A stretch of 64,000 nt of DNA from Tubulanus polymorphus (Eukaryota; Animalia; Nemertea). The translations under genes and the position numbers were made by a program. Below the pieces are notes generated by a model. The model was not told where the DNA came from, did no database searches, and saw only the letters and a program-made list of their open reading frames with translations. Numbering within the stretch: position 1 is the stretch's first letter; each line of letters begins with the position of its first letter. The stretch lies in NCBI RefSeq assembly GCF_964204645.1, contig NC_134029.1:19586950-19650949 (forward strand). The letters are read 5' to 3'. Shown here in pieces: positions 1-46,430 of this stretch.

Positions 1-456
1 TAAGATTACGCAATGTCTAAGTTGTCGCTTGTCTAACTATTTTAGTTTTTAAGCGTTTGCGAAGTGCGGTAATAATTCTGTCTGGCACTTCGCCGTGTCC
101 GCTGAAACGAACGAACTAACGTAAACAACGTATGACCCAAATTGCAGTTTAGATTAAAGAAACGTCCCAAATACCGATTTCAAAGGAGTTCTCATAACGA
201 AAACCAGAATTAATCGAAAATTCTACGCTTTCTGATCAAAGCAGATTTTCATGAATATCAATTAGAAAGCGAATTCGCATTTGCAATTTTCATATTCACC
301 AGAGATTTCGGAGATGATACGTTCCGTATCGATTGGTCTGGCAATTTTGATTTCGACTTCACGAAAAGTTCGTCCCAAAATCCGAACGAAAACTTCATCA
401 TCACAGGGCAATTTCCATATTCGCTAGAGATGAACTTGATTCGACTTAGTGGAGTA

Positions 457-625
457 AAGCCCAACGCATAACACGTATAGGAAAACACGGAAACAAACAA
501 ATTTGATCCCAGAAACATTGTTTCCCGAAATCACACGTTTCTCGTACACAGGGAAACGCCCGGAAACTGACATGTTTGTGTCTCCTGTTTCCGAGTTTTC
601 CCTATGCGTCACGTGCCTTGGGCTT
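457..625. mobile_element. MITE family A copy (TIR AAGCCCAA..GCA.ACG...GGAAACACGGAAAC)
   Basis: Ends aagcccaacgca / tgccttgggctt are inverted repeats; internal sequence is shared with copies at 11174, 15586, 26016, 32641, 35617 and 45075. Confidence 0.75.
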
Positions 626-2373
626 CATAGGCTTAAAATTGTTTCTGAAAATAATTTTCGTGAAACCCCAGCTATACGTGAGAATATTTAGGCGACTTAG
701 AGATAAGCCGAAAGATCCGCACTCCGTTTTTATCCCGATGTTAAGAAGCGCTGACAAAAAAACGGGCAATCGCAGCCTACCGAGCATTCAGTGACACAAT
801 ATGGCTGCCAGACAGCTATCGTGAATAATAAAAGCGTACTCCCGGTAGGGATTTACCCTCCACAATATTGTATATAAAGTGTATACATGATATCGCTGAA
901 CCGGGGAAAATAATTTCATCTGATGCGTTTCAACGATATTCATATCATAAATGTCGAAGCAGCTCGTTCGAAGGAGGAGACTTTTTCTTTATGTTCAGTC
1001 ACATTTATGTATAACAACATCTCGTGTATCGGTACGAACTGTTCTCCCTCTCCCGCCAGGCCGCGCGTGCTAATGCGATATATTTGTTCGGGTGAAATAA
1101 GCACACATATACCGAAACTCGTCCAGATCGGCAATCAGATGTCCCCATGGAAGCCAACGATAACTGCCTCGCGTTATCAAAATAAATGGCTACGTTCGAC
1201 ATAACCATTAGCCGTGTTTGGAACCAAGAAGCCTATTATTACACGGTCATACGTCAATCTATTATTTCTATTGTGCGGACGATATGCAATTCTTCTTCGT
1301 TCAGGAATGCTGCCGAAGTATCTCCCTAATTTAATTTATCGCGCCCGAAATTAAACGCCGCTCGAGTGTTTTCGGTAATATACGTCGCTGGCGCCGGCGA
1401 GATCTGGCAGATCTGGCGCTGCGCGTGGAATGTATCCGACGTAGCTCGCGCATGCATCGACTTCGAATTCATTAATGTCTACTCAAAATTGTATCCAAGT
1501 TGGGTATTTTAGCGAACAAAATGCCAGTGGATCTGCTACGTGTTTCAGCTGTGAATCAGAACATCTTCAAAATTCGGATTGAAGGAGCTGAACCCCTGTG
1601 GAAAGCTATGATGATGAAAACTAAGAATTGATAATTGAAATGCGAAGTTTTGGAAATTTGAATTTGAACATAGATGAATAAACATGCAAGACATGATTTG
1701 TAAGTTGTTTTGAAATCATCACTGAAATACCAATTCTACACAAGTTCTCGATGTTCGGTTGGTGTTAGGCAACCGACCCTCGGCAAGCGATATGCCTCTG
1801 AATACATAAATCAAAACAATTTCGTATTTACCAAAGTACCATATCATACGAACTGTATATAGCTTACACTCCAAAGAGTTCGCAAATTTGTTTCTACATC
1901 ACCGCTGACTGCCCTTTATGGATGCCGACTTGTAGGGTTATCGTTGATTTTCGCTCGTACCAATACCAGATGAGAAAGATTGAATTGTTCATCGAAGCAT
2001 TTATAAAAATGTGCGTCGGTTTTATCGTCGGTGAGGTTCTTCGCCGAGCATTTCCATTTCCTTTACAAGTGCCGGCCGCTATAAAATGCATATGGGCCCG
2101 TCATAATGCCCGGTAATTTATCACGGCCGGCGCATCTCTCTTGCGAGACCTAGGAAACTGATGAATGGCCTGTGTTGTTGATCCTATCTCGAGCTATTCT
2201 GTCGCTTGAATGGTCGCGGTAGCCGCCGCCGCCGTTCCGTCCTAAAAACATTTATGTACGGATTTAGTTGTGCTTAGATTGTAAATTATCCGTGCCGACT
2301 ATTTCACCGCGTGAATTGAAAGTTTCAGCGCGTTTTTGCTGATATTCTCGTCTGTAGTATAGAGTTCCGAATA

Positions 2374-2795
2374 CAGTCGAATTTCGTTAGTACCGATCAT
2401 GTCCGTGCGAAAATGAAAAATCATCGTACTAACCGATTTTCGCGTTAACCATTTTTGACGAAAACAATTCGATGATTATAACCTGAAGTGACACCGCATA
2501 AAAGTTTATCGCATGGTCAGCGCCGGCACAGAATAGATAGTTCAGACGACGCGAAAACCGAGCATTCTGAGTCCGACTTTTAAAACGTGGGAACTCATTG
2601 TGGACCTTCGTACTAAGCGCGTTTATTTACTATCGAAATGAATAGGAACGCTTAGATTTTACATCGTATTACCGAGAGTTTCGTGTTAACGTTATGGTAA
2701 GCAAACATCTTTATAGGAACATACATGCTTATAAGAAAAGCCTGGAATTCGTAAATGCATCGTGCCGAATCGTACTAACTAGCTAGGTTCGACTG
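2374..2795. mobile_element. Tc1/mariner-pogo (Tigger-like) MITE
   Basis: TA|CAGTCGAA...TTCGACTG|TA with subterminal inverted gttagtac/gtactaac; TA target duplication. Confidence 0.75.
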
Positions 2796-2805
2796 TATAG
2801 TATTG

Positions 2806-2989
2806 TTCAAAGTATGTTATAACACCATCCCCCTTTTTAATACCACTGCCCTCTTAACGCCAATATTTTTCGGAGAACAAATCTCGTCAATCTAACTCAT
2901 AAATTCGATGGAAATAGCATTTTTTATAACACCAGATTCGCTACATATTTCATCGGCCCCAACGGTGGTGTTATAAAGGACTTTTACTG
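2806..2989. mobile_element. Tigger-like MITE, left end decayed
   Basis: Inverted ttataacacca / tggtgttataa and right end ttttactg|TA. Confidence 0.5.
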
Positions 2990-5238
2990 TAATGCGGTGT
3001 TATGGACTAGAAGTTTTTCAATCTACGCGATATTTCCGTATTTCCATCTTTTTTTATTACCGACACGAGCGTCGTATTTTACATCGGCGCGGAATCCGCG
3101 CAGCAGCTTTTTATATCGATCGGTTTCGGAACGCAAATCAAGAAGCTATGAATAAGTAGATTTGACTTGTTCGTAAGTTATATTTAATCTGGAGACGCCG
3201 AGAACTCGTCGTGTGTGTCGGCGACGAAGTTATTGGTATACACACGAACCAATCATACAGTGAATCCCTCGCCGGAGGCTGCTTGTATTCATATTCCATC
3301 AAATACGGGCTTCCTTCCTGCCAAACACCTAACTCGCTTTCAGCGCTCGGTCGCAATATTCGCAGACGTCATGACGTGTGTGCGGGCACAATATGTCGGC
3401 TTCGAAGAGTTCGCCATACCGCGCGCAGACGATGCGAAAAAGTCCCGCTGATCAACAGGAAATCAAACTCGCGTAAAACAGTTCGCGTGAATTCCCAGTG
3501 GTTTGCTTTTTAGCATCTGAAACGTTTTTACGAGTATCTTCTGTCGTCATCCATATGTATGTATGATAATCGAATAAGTTCGAGCACCTGAATAATGCTA
3601 ATTCGAATGTAAAAAGGCGCAATAAAGTATGATAATTCCGGTGATATCTTGTTTTCATGTGCAAACAACTATTTTATTCGGTCTCTGATAGCATTTATCG
3701 GATATTGAATAGCAATTGGAGCCAATCAAAAATGCGCTTCATATAGCGGAGATGTTGACAACAAAACTAATGAATTCAAAGGTTTTGGGATAAATCTTTA
3801 TTGGGTAAACAGGACATTTCTTTTAGTTTTGTTTCAATTGAGTATCCGAATATTTTCCGAAAGCAAGACAACGTTCGATTTCAGTGCTAGAGCTTTGGGA
3901 AAATTCAACACCTGATTTTGGTGGTTTAAAATTATGTTTATTGAAATTCTGCCTTTCACGGTATAATAAGCCAATCATTCTAACCTTTCGAAAAAATTTT
4001 CGATACGCGAGATTATTTTACGTCTTTTATGTGTTGTGCCTTAGAGCATGAAACGGTATCACATTTCTAATGTCTGGAAGCTTAAGCACGCAAAACATAT
4101 AGCAATCCCTTTTTCTAAGTATTCCAAATCGGCCCAATGTACACGCGTTCGCCTGAATAATTAATGCTTAATTACATGCCCATTCTTAACTAAGCCATTC
4201 GTCTAATCCGCCACGCGGGTCTTACCACCAAATGAATACAATTGAAACCCGCATTGTCTCCCATTGTTTCCTAATAAGATCTAACCACATTTATTTTTCT
4301 TTCAATTTTTTTCGTCGATAAAGACTCCACACATCCATTAGCAGCATTTCAGCCATCGCGTTCGTCGCGTGTAGCATTGTTATGCAAGCCCCGAGGCGCT
4401 GCTGTGTCACCCGCGCGTTTCGGGGAAGATCTAGTCAACGACTGGCCAAAAAACTGTTGTTCATTTTTTCGTCCAACCGCGACTCCCTTGCCTTTTTTCT
4501 ATATTCCCTCTCATAACTTCGATGTTGCATCATCGATTATTAATACCGCCGTTGTTATTCTCGCGAATCTGCTTCTATACGCGGCGGATTCTCTTTTTTG
4601 TTGTTATTCATCTCGTTTACTTCGGCCGACATATATACCGCTCCTGAATCGACGGAAGGCGCGCAGACAACGAACCTTCCCTCCAGCAGCGCGTACATAC
4701 GCCGCCGCTAGCAGATAATGAGCTCGGCGACCAAACAATGATCAATGAGTCCCATTTATTATACCATTCAGTCCGCGATTCAGATTCCTAGTTATTTCAA
4801 AGATCGATGATATTGTCGATGCGACTTTAATTTCGTCGACGGAATTATGAATGGGAATAAAAGCGATCGGAAAAAGGTGTAAAATGATTTGTGACGACGC
4901 CGATCTTTTTTTCCCAAATACCCGGGGATTAATAAACTCTAGTTTGGTGAATGGGCGTAATCGTTTTTAGTCGTACGTCGAACATTCCAAAAATATACCC
5001 TTAATCGAAATTTCTATCGCGCGTCGTAAATTGTCTTTCGCGTTCGGTGTCTCTCTATAACGGCCCTATAGAGAATCGAAAATGCAGTTCGCGTTCGGTG
5101 ATTTCGCATTATTTCGCGCGAGTTATCTACGCTGGTGAATCGATCACACTGCATCTGCCACACCGGTGCGTTTTAAAAACCTCCAAGTTTCTCAATTCGA
5201 TTCGCCACCGCCGCCACCGCCGCCGAGTTCATCATCGC

Positions 5239-5476
5239 TATGGTTGCTGATTCGGGCCACATTAAAAAGACATTAAAATAACACTCGGTCTCCACCAATT
5301 TTTTTTTCTAATTCTACATTTTTCGTTTTAACGCATCGTTAAAACCAACGAAAAACTGGTTTTAACGAAACGAAAAATGTAAAGCATAAAACGAAAAATG
5401 TAGAATTAGAAAAAAATTGGTGGAGACCGAGTGTCATTTTAATTTTTTTAATTTTTGGCCCGAATCAGCCTCCATA
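5239..5476. mobile_element. Foldback/MITE with ~90-bp inverted arms
   Basis: tatggttgctgattcgggcc..acactcggtctccaccaattttttt..ctaattctacatttttcgtttta mirrored by taaaacgaaaaatgtagaattag..aaaaaattggtggagaccgagtgt..ggcccgaatcagcctccata; TA at both ends. Confidence 0.8.
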
Positions 5477-6757
5477 CATCGCGGTCTCTGGCAATTCCGC
5501 GCAAGAACTCTCCCGTCGGATCTTTCGGCCGCCTCTTTCTCTACCCCGTGATCGGTATATCTTTGATCAGCGTTAAACGTATCCGGTTTATATTTTATTG
5601 ACAATTCATTACGGGTCAGCGGTAATCGGCGAGTGCCGAGAATTCGCGATCGTCCCGCTTGTCCACTAGCGAGCGACCTTGTTGGCTTTTTTCCGACCCG
5701 CGAACGCAGGTGGCCTGACCGAACAAATGGCCAGTGGTCGTTCCAGATAAAGCTTAATGATCCCCGTGCAGACTCTCCACTACCAATCTACGTGTTGAAA
5801 TTGCTTCGCGTTCATTTGATTACAACATGCATTTGCGGTGACAATAGCTTTGCTCGTATATTCTTGAATTGCGTTCTCCACTTCCTTTGATAATGTATTC
5901 GTATACTACAGACCCAATATTGCGATCAGATCGTCATTCCGATGCGCTGTCCGTAGAACCATCCATTATCTGTGCCCTGCGGAGTCGGGCTGATCCACGT
6001 TTTTTGCCTCGTACGTCTTTGGACGTATAGTATTTAGAACCATAATATTTGCCGTCGTAATATTTGTCGTCGCGGCGTCCGTTGTCTATATTCTTCCGCG
6101 TCGTTTGACTTGAAAACTTGAGCGCGCTCGTGACGCGACTTCTAAATGCCTCATTAGCGGCGCGCATCGTGTGTGAAAATTAACACAACAAAAGTAAAAA
6201 TTATTGCGAAATTGTTCACGACGGCGACGATTTGGAAGCCGCAGCCGCGTTGCCGTTACGATTCAGGGAAGATCGAGCTTTTTCGATGATTGAATATTTT
6301 CTCGGAGACGGATAGACAGAGAGAGAGAGAGAGCTGAAGATTTTCTCCAATGCCCCAGAGTCTGTTCCAGTTGAAACCTGCCGTAGTAAACATAACGTCG
6401 TTAAACGATAGAGGGATAGATCCGAACACCGCATCAATCATTGCGGGGAGCGCGCTTCTGAGAGCTGCATTGATTTGTTAAATACCCGTGCACAAAAGTT
6501 ACGTTTAATGGACTGACTAAGCTTGATGAAGAAGAACAAACGCCAGACACAGCTTGTAGTCGTCTAAGCCGACAACCGTGCTAATATCTACGTCATCGAA
6601 ACCGTTATTATTTATGATTTGAGCGAAAAGACGACGAAACGAAATATCTAAACAACATATACCGTACACACGGACTAAAATCACGTGCCAAGAATTCATA
6701 TTTTCGAGGGCGGGGATCCCCGGTGAATTAGCCTATTTTCGAAATTAGTTTACTCGG

Positions 6758-6759
<2 letters not shown>

Positions 6760-6822
<63 letters not shown>

Positions 6823-6861
6823 CGGGAGATGTGTATATATATATATATATATATGTATATA
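6760..6861. repeat. (TA)n microsatellite, interrupted
   Basis: Direct reading; ~300 bp upstream of the putative start codon. Confidence 0.95.
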
Positions 6862-7165
6862 TTTATTGATCAGCTATACAGAGATGTCTCGGCATTGTAG
6901 TCGTTTGCGTGTGTTTGAGTGAGTGCGATTTGCATGTAGCAACAGTCGACACTCTCGTTGGTGGTGGTGGTGAATCGGCTTCACATACCGCGCGCTTCGT
7001 GTAGACGAGTGTCACATGCGGGGGACGAAGACACCGATGATTACGATGATCGTGCGAAGGGGGGTGTAGTAATGTTTTTCGGCTTTCTTCGCCTTCGCGC
7101 TTAGAGCAGACGGTCATATTCTTCGTTTCGACGCGCGGAATCTATTGCGAAATTTGATAACCATC

Positions 7166-39088
<31,923 letters not shown>

Positions 39089-39135
39089 TGAATTTCCGAG
39101 CGATCAGTTATCGAATTCTTTTCTAAAAAAATAAT

Positions 39136-39141
39136 AATAAA
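39136..39141 (+). promoter_or_regulatory. Candidate proximal polyadenylation signal AATAAA
   Basis: First AATAAA ~50 nt after the stop codon. Other AATAAA hexamers occur near 41120-41360, so usage is unknown. Confidence 0.3.
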
Positions 39142-40002
39142 TGAATGTTATATTGTTAGAATGAGACGTTTAAATATAACAGGAAAAAGACAATAATAGT
39201 TTTGATGCACAAGGCTGGACTCCGAAGCGTTCGGTGAAATATATGTTGCATTTCGTGAAGTGACATTGAGTTCAACAAATCCGGAACTTTCATTGTGTCT
39301 GGTCTTCATTCATTTCGTGGTTAAAAGCGGTGCACAAATTCTCGGGAGGATCAAGTTTTTGAAACAATGTGATAATATGCATACCAGTTATGCCTTTTCC
39401 GTACTATAGCGACGAACGAACTTTTTGTTTACGATAGGATGACGTGTGATGCGTCTGAAAATTCAGAACTTAATCACGAACATTGTAAATTGATTACAAA
39501 AATGTATTGTACGCGAGCAGGAATGATAAACTGCGTCTGATTTTGTGTTGTCACTCAGAGGGATAGTCATCAAACATCGGATTACATCGTGAAAATAACA
39601 CGGCAGTGAGCTTCAATTAGAACTCATTTATTTCATAGTGAAATCGTTATTTTGAAAATGGGGCACAATCATTATAAGTCTGGATATCTCGTGCGATTGT
39701 AATGACAAATCTAACGTATATCTAATTAATATAGTTCTGAAAATCGAAGCTCAGCTAACTGCCATTATGGTACTCGATGTATACCTGTATACCTGGCCCC
39801 CGGTTCCCGTTTTGTAAAGCGAAAATTGCTAACCATTTTAGTTACCTCGATAACTTAAAGCTTTCCTGGTGCGAAAGCTTTGCAAAACCGGATCATTCGC
39901 TTCGAATTAGTAATCGTCTATAAATCTGGTAGTCTAACCAAGTATAGTTCATGTATATTCATAAGAATACGATAAATGATTTTGTAATGATACAGTATTC
40001 CC

Positions 40003-40003
40003 A

Positions 40004-40043
<40 letters not shown>

Positions 40044-40052
40044 GTGATGACG
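40003..40052. repeat. (GAT)n microsatellite
   Basis: Direct reading. Confidence 0.95.
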
Positions 40053-42174
40053 ATATTATGTTATCGAATTATTATTGTTTTAAAAAGTTTGATTACATCC
40101 ATGACCGGTACTTTACGAATGAAAAGTACATACAACGAATTTATATTGTAAATAAACGTAGATATATAGTATGTATGTATAAGTCGCTACATACGATGGC
40201 GCGGGCATTTTCTTATTCATTTCTCCGTATATTGCTCAAGCAAATTTGTGAAGAATTCTGTCTTTGGCGGATTTCATTCGGTTGAACGCAAAATAATGAA
40301 TCTCGATTGTGAAATTCTATCGCTTAAATGTTTAACAAATGCAGCATCGTGTTGCTAAGTCGGTTAAACGTTTTATCGAAATTAGGCTTATGGAAAATGA
40401 AATCGCGTTAATTTATGGAATAATACTATGTATTAAATGCCGAATCGATTCTTATTTAAGACTTAGTTATACATTACCTAAAGATTTAGCGCTGACTGAA
40501 ACCTTGCTGTCGGCAGCGTATGCCGCGCAGTGTGTAGACCTCGCGTATAGATAGCGATGCACCGCGAGGTTTCTCTGAAAATCCCAACGCATTTTCTAGG
40601 AAAGTGAAATCTTTTTTTTTAAGGATCTTTAACAGACATAACGGATATTCAGATTTTCCTCGTCACAATTCCTCGGTAGCGATGGTTAAATACGGTAAAC
40701 TACAATTCAAATACAATACTCTACCATACAGTGACTTGGAACCAACCACGAACCAACACTGTAAAGCAGTTGTATAGCACTGAGATATGACACAAAACGT
40801 TAGATTAACTGAACATTAGATAATAGTTCCCCTCTGATGGGATGCTATGGCGGAGTGAGATTCCTTTTATATTTTTGTGCATATTCATAGCATAATATGA
40901 TAATAGGTGTTTAAAAATGATTACGTATCGATAAAGAGACGATGCTCCGAAAATGAAACGAGAGCAGTTTTAATCATTTTGAAAAAAAAGTATTACATAA
41001 AACAACGACGTGGATATATAGAATCGAGCGTTCTCTTGTTAAATGTACTCATAATCCAAAGCATATGATGTCTATATAATGTGTGATCGTTATATCCGAA
41101 CAAATAAGAAAATACGATCAAATAAACAAATACTTTTTTTTTAGAAATAATAAAAATACATGTTATATGTGTTCGAAAAAAAATAATAAGTCGCGTGAAG
41201 GTCGATTCACAATTTGTAAAGAATATTTACTGTACGTGTTTTGTGTTCTTTCAAGATTATTTTTGTTTTCTAGTCTTACCCGTTCGGCTATCGTTAGATC
41301 GGGTTAGGTATAAACAAACGAGCATCTTTCGATGCGTTTTATATACGATAGCGAATAAAGCGTATATGCGATATTAGAAATCCGAATTAAACTGTCTCTA
41401 ATGAACAAAAAAAAAACAAAAAGCGTAGACGCCGCGAATGGAAACGCTGTTAATACGATTTTCTATTGGTCAATATGTCTATGTGCAATAATTAATACGT
41501 GAATTTAAATTTTCGCATGAATTGTTGATGTTTAAAAATAATCTATTCTTCTATTATACGACGATTCGCTTTCGTTTACCGAAATTGCTTTCGTGGGCGT
41601 TGTGGTTGCGGAGTAGTCCCCTAGGCTACGCGACGCGCCACGATGTGTATCAGTATCGTCTATATTGTTTATACTCGCGGATGCGAACCTCCTCGGGTTT
41701 TGACGCGCTGTTGACACAAAACAATATACTTATTTAGTCAAAAACGAGTGGCTTTTATTTCGATAATCGTTATGATTAGTATTATTAAGAATTTTGCGGG
41801 TGTATTCCGACTCTCGGGTATAAGACGGTGCACCGAGAACCCACCCAAAAAACGATTCGATGAATGTGTTTGCATTTAGTCACCCCAAATACGAATAGAT
41901 AATTGTATAAGGTTTTCCGACGATTTTTCGCCAGTTGTCCAAAGGATTTTCAAGTATCAACCACTGTTCAAATGCATCAGTAACGATTTAAGCGCAAATT
42001 TTACTGCTGTGTATTTCGATCAGCTGGTTGATATTTTAGAAATTGTTCCTTGGTGAGCGGGTACGTAACTATGGATGTAAAAAACATAATAATTGTAAGA
42101 TAAATTGAAGTCAATTTAATTGATAGTATTTACTGTAAATCCTTGCACTGTGTATAATAATAACGATAATAATG

Positions 42175-42177
42175 ATA

Positions 42178-42268
<91 letters not shown>
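42175..42268. repeat. (TA)n microsatellite
   Basis: Direct reading. Confidence 0.97.
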
Positions 42269-42270
<2 letters not shown>

Positions 42271-45074
42271 TATTTATTATCATTAAAATCCTGTATTGTG
42301 CATATAACGTATTAAATATTATCATATAATATAATAATATAATATATATAATATGTAAATGTCATCATTGAATCGGTCTTTATAGCATGCATGTGGTCAT
42401 TATTTTGTTGATATCCAAAGGCGAATTTATTTGAAAGAAAAATATATACTACAGTTTTATGTTTACAATATTCGACGCGTTTTTCCTCCTTGGTGTTCAG
42501 AATATTTAATAAGAAACCGCTCTCATCGGCCGTACGGACGTATGAAGGTTGGGGCTCGAGACAAAATGGCCGAAAGAATAATTGTCACGTTATGATGTTT
42601 GCCCCGCAAAAACGAGGTAATAAGTCCCACAATGACGAAATCGAAAAACTGAAATATCGAAACGTTAAAATTTATTTTGAATCAGAATGTCGGTTTTCAA
42701 CTAAAAAACCATTATCGAGTAATAACTCGAAATACAACATGTTAGAGTTTATACCAAAAGGAACGATACACGCTATTGCGAACAAAACTAGGCGATATTG
42801 ACCAGAGAGGAAATGTACTGGGACAACAGTTTATTATGGGCAGAGAAACCAAGGTTACCATGCTCTGCTATATAGTTGACGTATTTTCTCTCCCTAGCAT
42901 TAAATGTTTCGAAATGGATAAGAATAGCGGACAAATGTAATACGTAAGTATCGCTGATGAAAGGTGAACGAGAATTTCCTGAAACTGTTTGAATCTAAAG
43001 TTTCAAACTTCTATATCGAGTGACTTGTGCTATTTCCGCGTGTGGCTGAATATGTTGATATAGTACAGACAAGTTGAGCTCACGGCCGTCACACGCTTAT
43101 CGTCGATGCGTAAAATGGCAGGTAAAAATAACCGACGCAGGAGCAGACAGCCGGTGTCATAGAATCAGAACCCCCCCCCCCCCCCCCGATGCCAGATGCC
43201 CCAAGTCATAATGGGACTGCTGACCCTATCGAATGGGACGTCGAAATCTAGCCATAGCAGTAGCAGCACCACTAGAAACGTTTTATAGAGTCCATGGGCA
43301 AAGAGCAATCTATGTAAGATAGAAACAGAATTTGAATTAAACAATGCTACTAAAAGCTGGTTTTTACGATGAGCAGCGTGAGGTGCGGGCCTTGTTTTTC
43401 CTCGAAACAGACACGAAATGCTTTAAACAACGGTTTTCTCCCATTCCCAATTATCTTCTCGCTAGAATTGCCAATCCCCTTTACTACCTCGTTTTTATTT
43501 CTTCCTCACTGGCGATGGTCAGTAAGAGAGCGCAATGTCGTTTCTAGATATTTGATTACGGATTTCGCTTTTTGATTTTGTATATAGCGGGCTATAAAGC
43601 CCAAAGCGCACGACGCACGGAAACGCGGAAACTGGCGACATAAAGACGAATTCGATCGTGACGATCTCCTATTCATTCTGAAAGATTCCTTGAAACGGTC
43701 CCTATATCAACTATGAATACGAATTAGATGTGGTGGCGCTTTGAACAACACGCGTGTAGTAGGTATATATACATTTGAAAATTCTGCCAAAATAACTTGA
43801 TCGCGGGTTAGTTCTGCGAAAATCCGTGAGACTCCAGCACCTCCTCGCGCCAGCAACCGCGCAGATACCGCCAACTGAACTCCCCCTTAATTTCGTATCT
43901 CTCTTGGCTACTTATTATAAGCAAAGGCGTTCAAACGTCTACATATTTCAAAGGGATATCAATGAATAGTGGAATTATTAAACCGACACCGTAGAATGCG
44001 CGCGAGATGAGTGACGAATTTTATTCGAACACTATCGAATTGCCGACTCGCAAAGTCCGTTACAGTGTACGTATGTACTCGGGGTACGCAGTCGTCTGCA
44101 CAAAGGACTGGCTCCCATCCATCAATTTGCTTTGTCAACTCGAATTTTCCGATGAGAAATATAACTGTAATAAATTGGATTTTGGTTGGTCACGTTATTG
44201 AATCAGCTTCGATGACTATACGTTTCCCGTGTCAGATTTTAATAAAAGCAAAACCATTGCCATGTAATATCGGTAGTGAATATGATTGAAAGGGCCCGAG
44301 AATATGCGAAAGAAAATAGAGCGTATATTCTCAAAGCTATAAAGACTCGTGAAGATGCCATGAGTAAACCTAAATCTTTAAGTTTCTTAACCAGAAGGCT
44401 ATGATTCAGACTCTAAACGCAATATCAATTCTTTTGTGGACCCACAATTGGGCTCGGACTATTCTAATCCCAGCTGGGAACCTAGATGATTTCTTTTTTT
44501 CTACCATACTCACACCCTACACCCTTGTTTGGGATTTGACTTTGAGTACTACAGCACCATCTACCTAAATACAGTAAACTAAAAGATAGACGATTGATTC
44601 GCGAATGATGGCAGTAGAAGCTTTCAAGCTAAAACGACTTAAAGTTTTATATCACTCAATCTTACGCTCGTAAAAGATCCACTTTTCCAATCAAAGTAAT
44701 TTGATTTTTCTCTGCCTACACTTAAAGTGTTTCATTCTGACGCCACGCGCGAGGAATTTATGAGTTTTGTAATATACCTTGAGAGATTGCTAATCACCGT
44801 AAAATCGTATCCATCGGGGGTGCTTCCCGGATGCGGATTTAATGCGATTTGATTCGAAATATCGCATAAAATAGTTTTTGCAACTACGTAAATGAAATTA
44901 TTATCCGACATCGCCGTTAGAATCGTTGGATCGTGAAATTTTCCGGATTGAAGCAACCATACATTTCGGAATTACCTCCTCCAAGCGGGTGGTTTCGGTA
45001 CTACACGTGACTATAGCGTACACACGATAATTTATTACGAATATTACATTTTTTCATTTGGCGGTAATCTTTAT

Positions 45075-45232
45075 AAGCGCCAATGCACACGAAGCAGGAA
45101 AGCACAGAAACAGGACACATAAATATGTTTCCCGATTGTTTCCATGTGTTGTGTGCGTTTACGAGAAACAAGAAACACGATTTCAGGTGCAGCATTTTCG
45201 AGATCAAACACGTTTGTTTCCGTGTTTCCTGC
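45075..45232. mobile_element. MITE family A copy
   Basis: aagcgccaatgcacacgaagcaggaaagcacagaaaca ... gagatcaaacacgtttgtttccgtgtttcctgc. Confidence 0.7.
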
Positions 45233-46064
45233 TTTAAAATGCAGTAGTCTACTCGCGTATAGCGTTGTATAGTTTCTGCATTTTATATATATCGAGGTGT
45301 CGTTTCTCGAGTGCAAAAATACCTCAAAGTGAAAATTAGCCTAACAAAAATGTGATATACGCACGGGGAATAACCCTGTTTAATTTAGCAGTCCGTATTT
45401 ACAACGGGGAGTCATCTATTTTGTGGTGTAGGAGTTAATGAAACGACCTCTTCGGGTTTCGCTAATTTTCCCCGCGCACGAAACCCTCATCTGCGCACGC
45501 GCGAGAGAGAGAGACGCATCACACCTCCCGATCGTCGGCGTCGAACGGCGTAATGACATCGCTCGGAACGAAAGTAGTTCGAATTAAACCAAAAAGTCAC
45601 ACGCTTTGTTCTTGGGAGTCATAGAAAGTTTCTGCGCTTAAAAGCAGCGGCTTTTGTTCTACGGAGTGCGATTAGCGCTATAAAGAAATGAAAGTATTCA
45701 CTCGGATTTTTGTGGCATTGCTTCAACCTTTCTAGTGCCCAAAAGCAATTCATTTAAGCTACATAAGAAACTCGACAGCCGGTATCTAGTTGCAGTTGAT
45801 TAATGAAAAGCCATAGTACGAACTTCTGATCTTTGCCATTTGCATTTGCTTCTGTTCCCCCTTAATCAAGCAAATTAGATACGACGACTGATTTGTCTCG
45901 ATTTGTGGCATTTTTAGTTGGGTAAATTCCTTATTGAAGCTGCTGTAGGATAGTTTGTATTCAACATATTCTAGCGACCAAACCTACATCGATACCGTGA
46001 AAGTCTTTTTTAAAGCCGTTAAAACAATAATGTTTATCTACACTGATACTTAGTCTGTGTTATT

Positions 46065-46430
46065 TAAGGGGTTCTGTGTGAGTCGATGTGCACAACGTCA
46101 TCAATATTGGCGTTTCAAAATAACAATTACAACTGTGAATTTTTGGCGTAAACTTTTTGATTAAATATATTCATCTCTTATTTCATATTTGATATATTCT
46201 AATAAATATTTTTTGAATGGATGTGCACTGCGTCATCAATATTGGCGTAAAAAGAATTTCAATGTGGTTTAACTTTCAAATATATTTCATAACTCTTATT
46301 TTTATGGTTTATAAATTCTAATAGCTATTTTTGTGTGGACGTGCACTATGTCATCAATATATCGGGGCTAGACTGGTTGCCGGTGAATTTTTATTATCGA
46401 ATTCAAATTCAAAATAACTTAATTGATCCT
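46065..46430 (+). repeat. Dispersed repeat, copy 1, with internal triplicated motif
   Basis: taaggggttctgtgtgagtcgatgtgcac..cgt.atcaatattggcgtttcaaaataacaattacaa shared with 50523..50762; gatgtgcac...gtcatcaatat recurs near 46085, 46220 and 46340. Confidence 0.8.
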
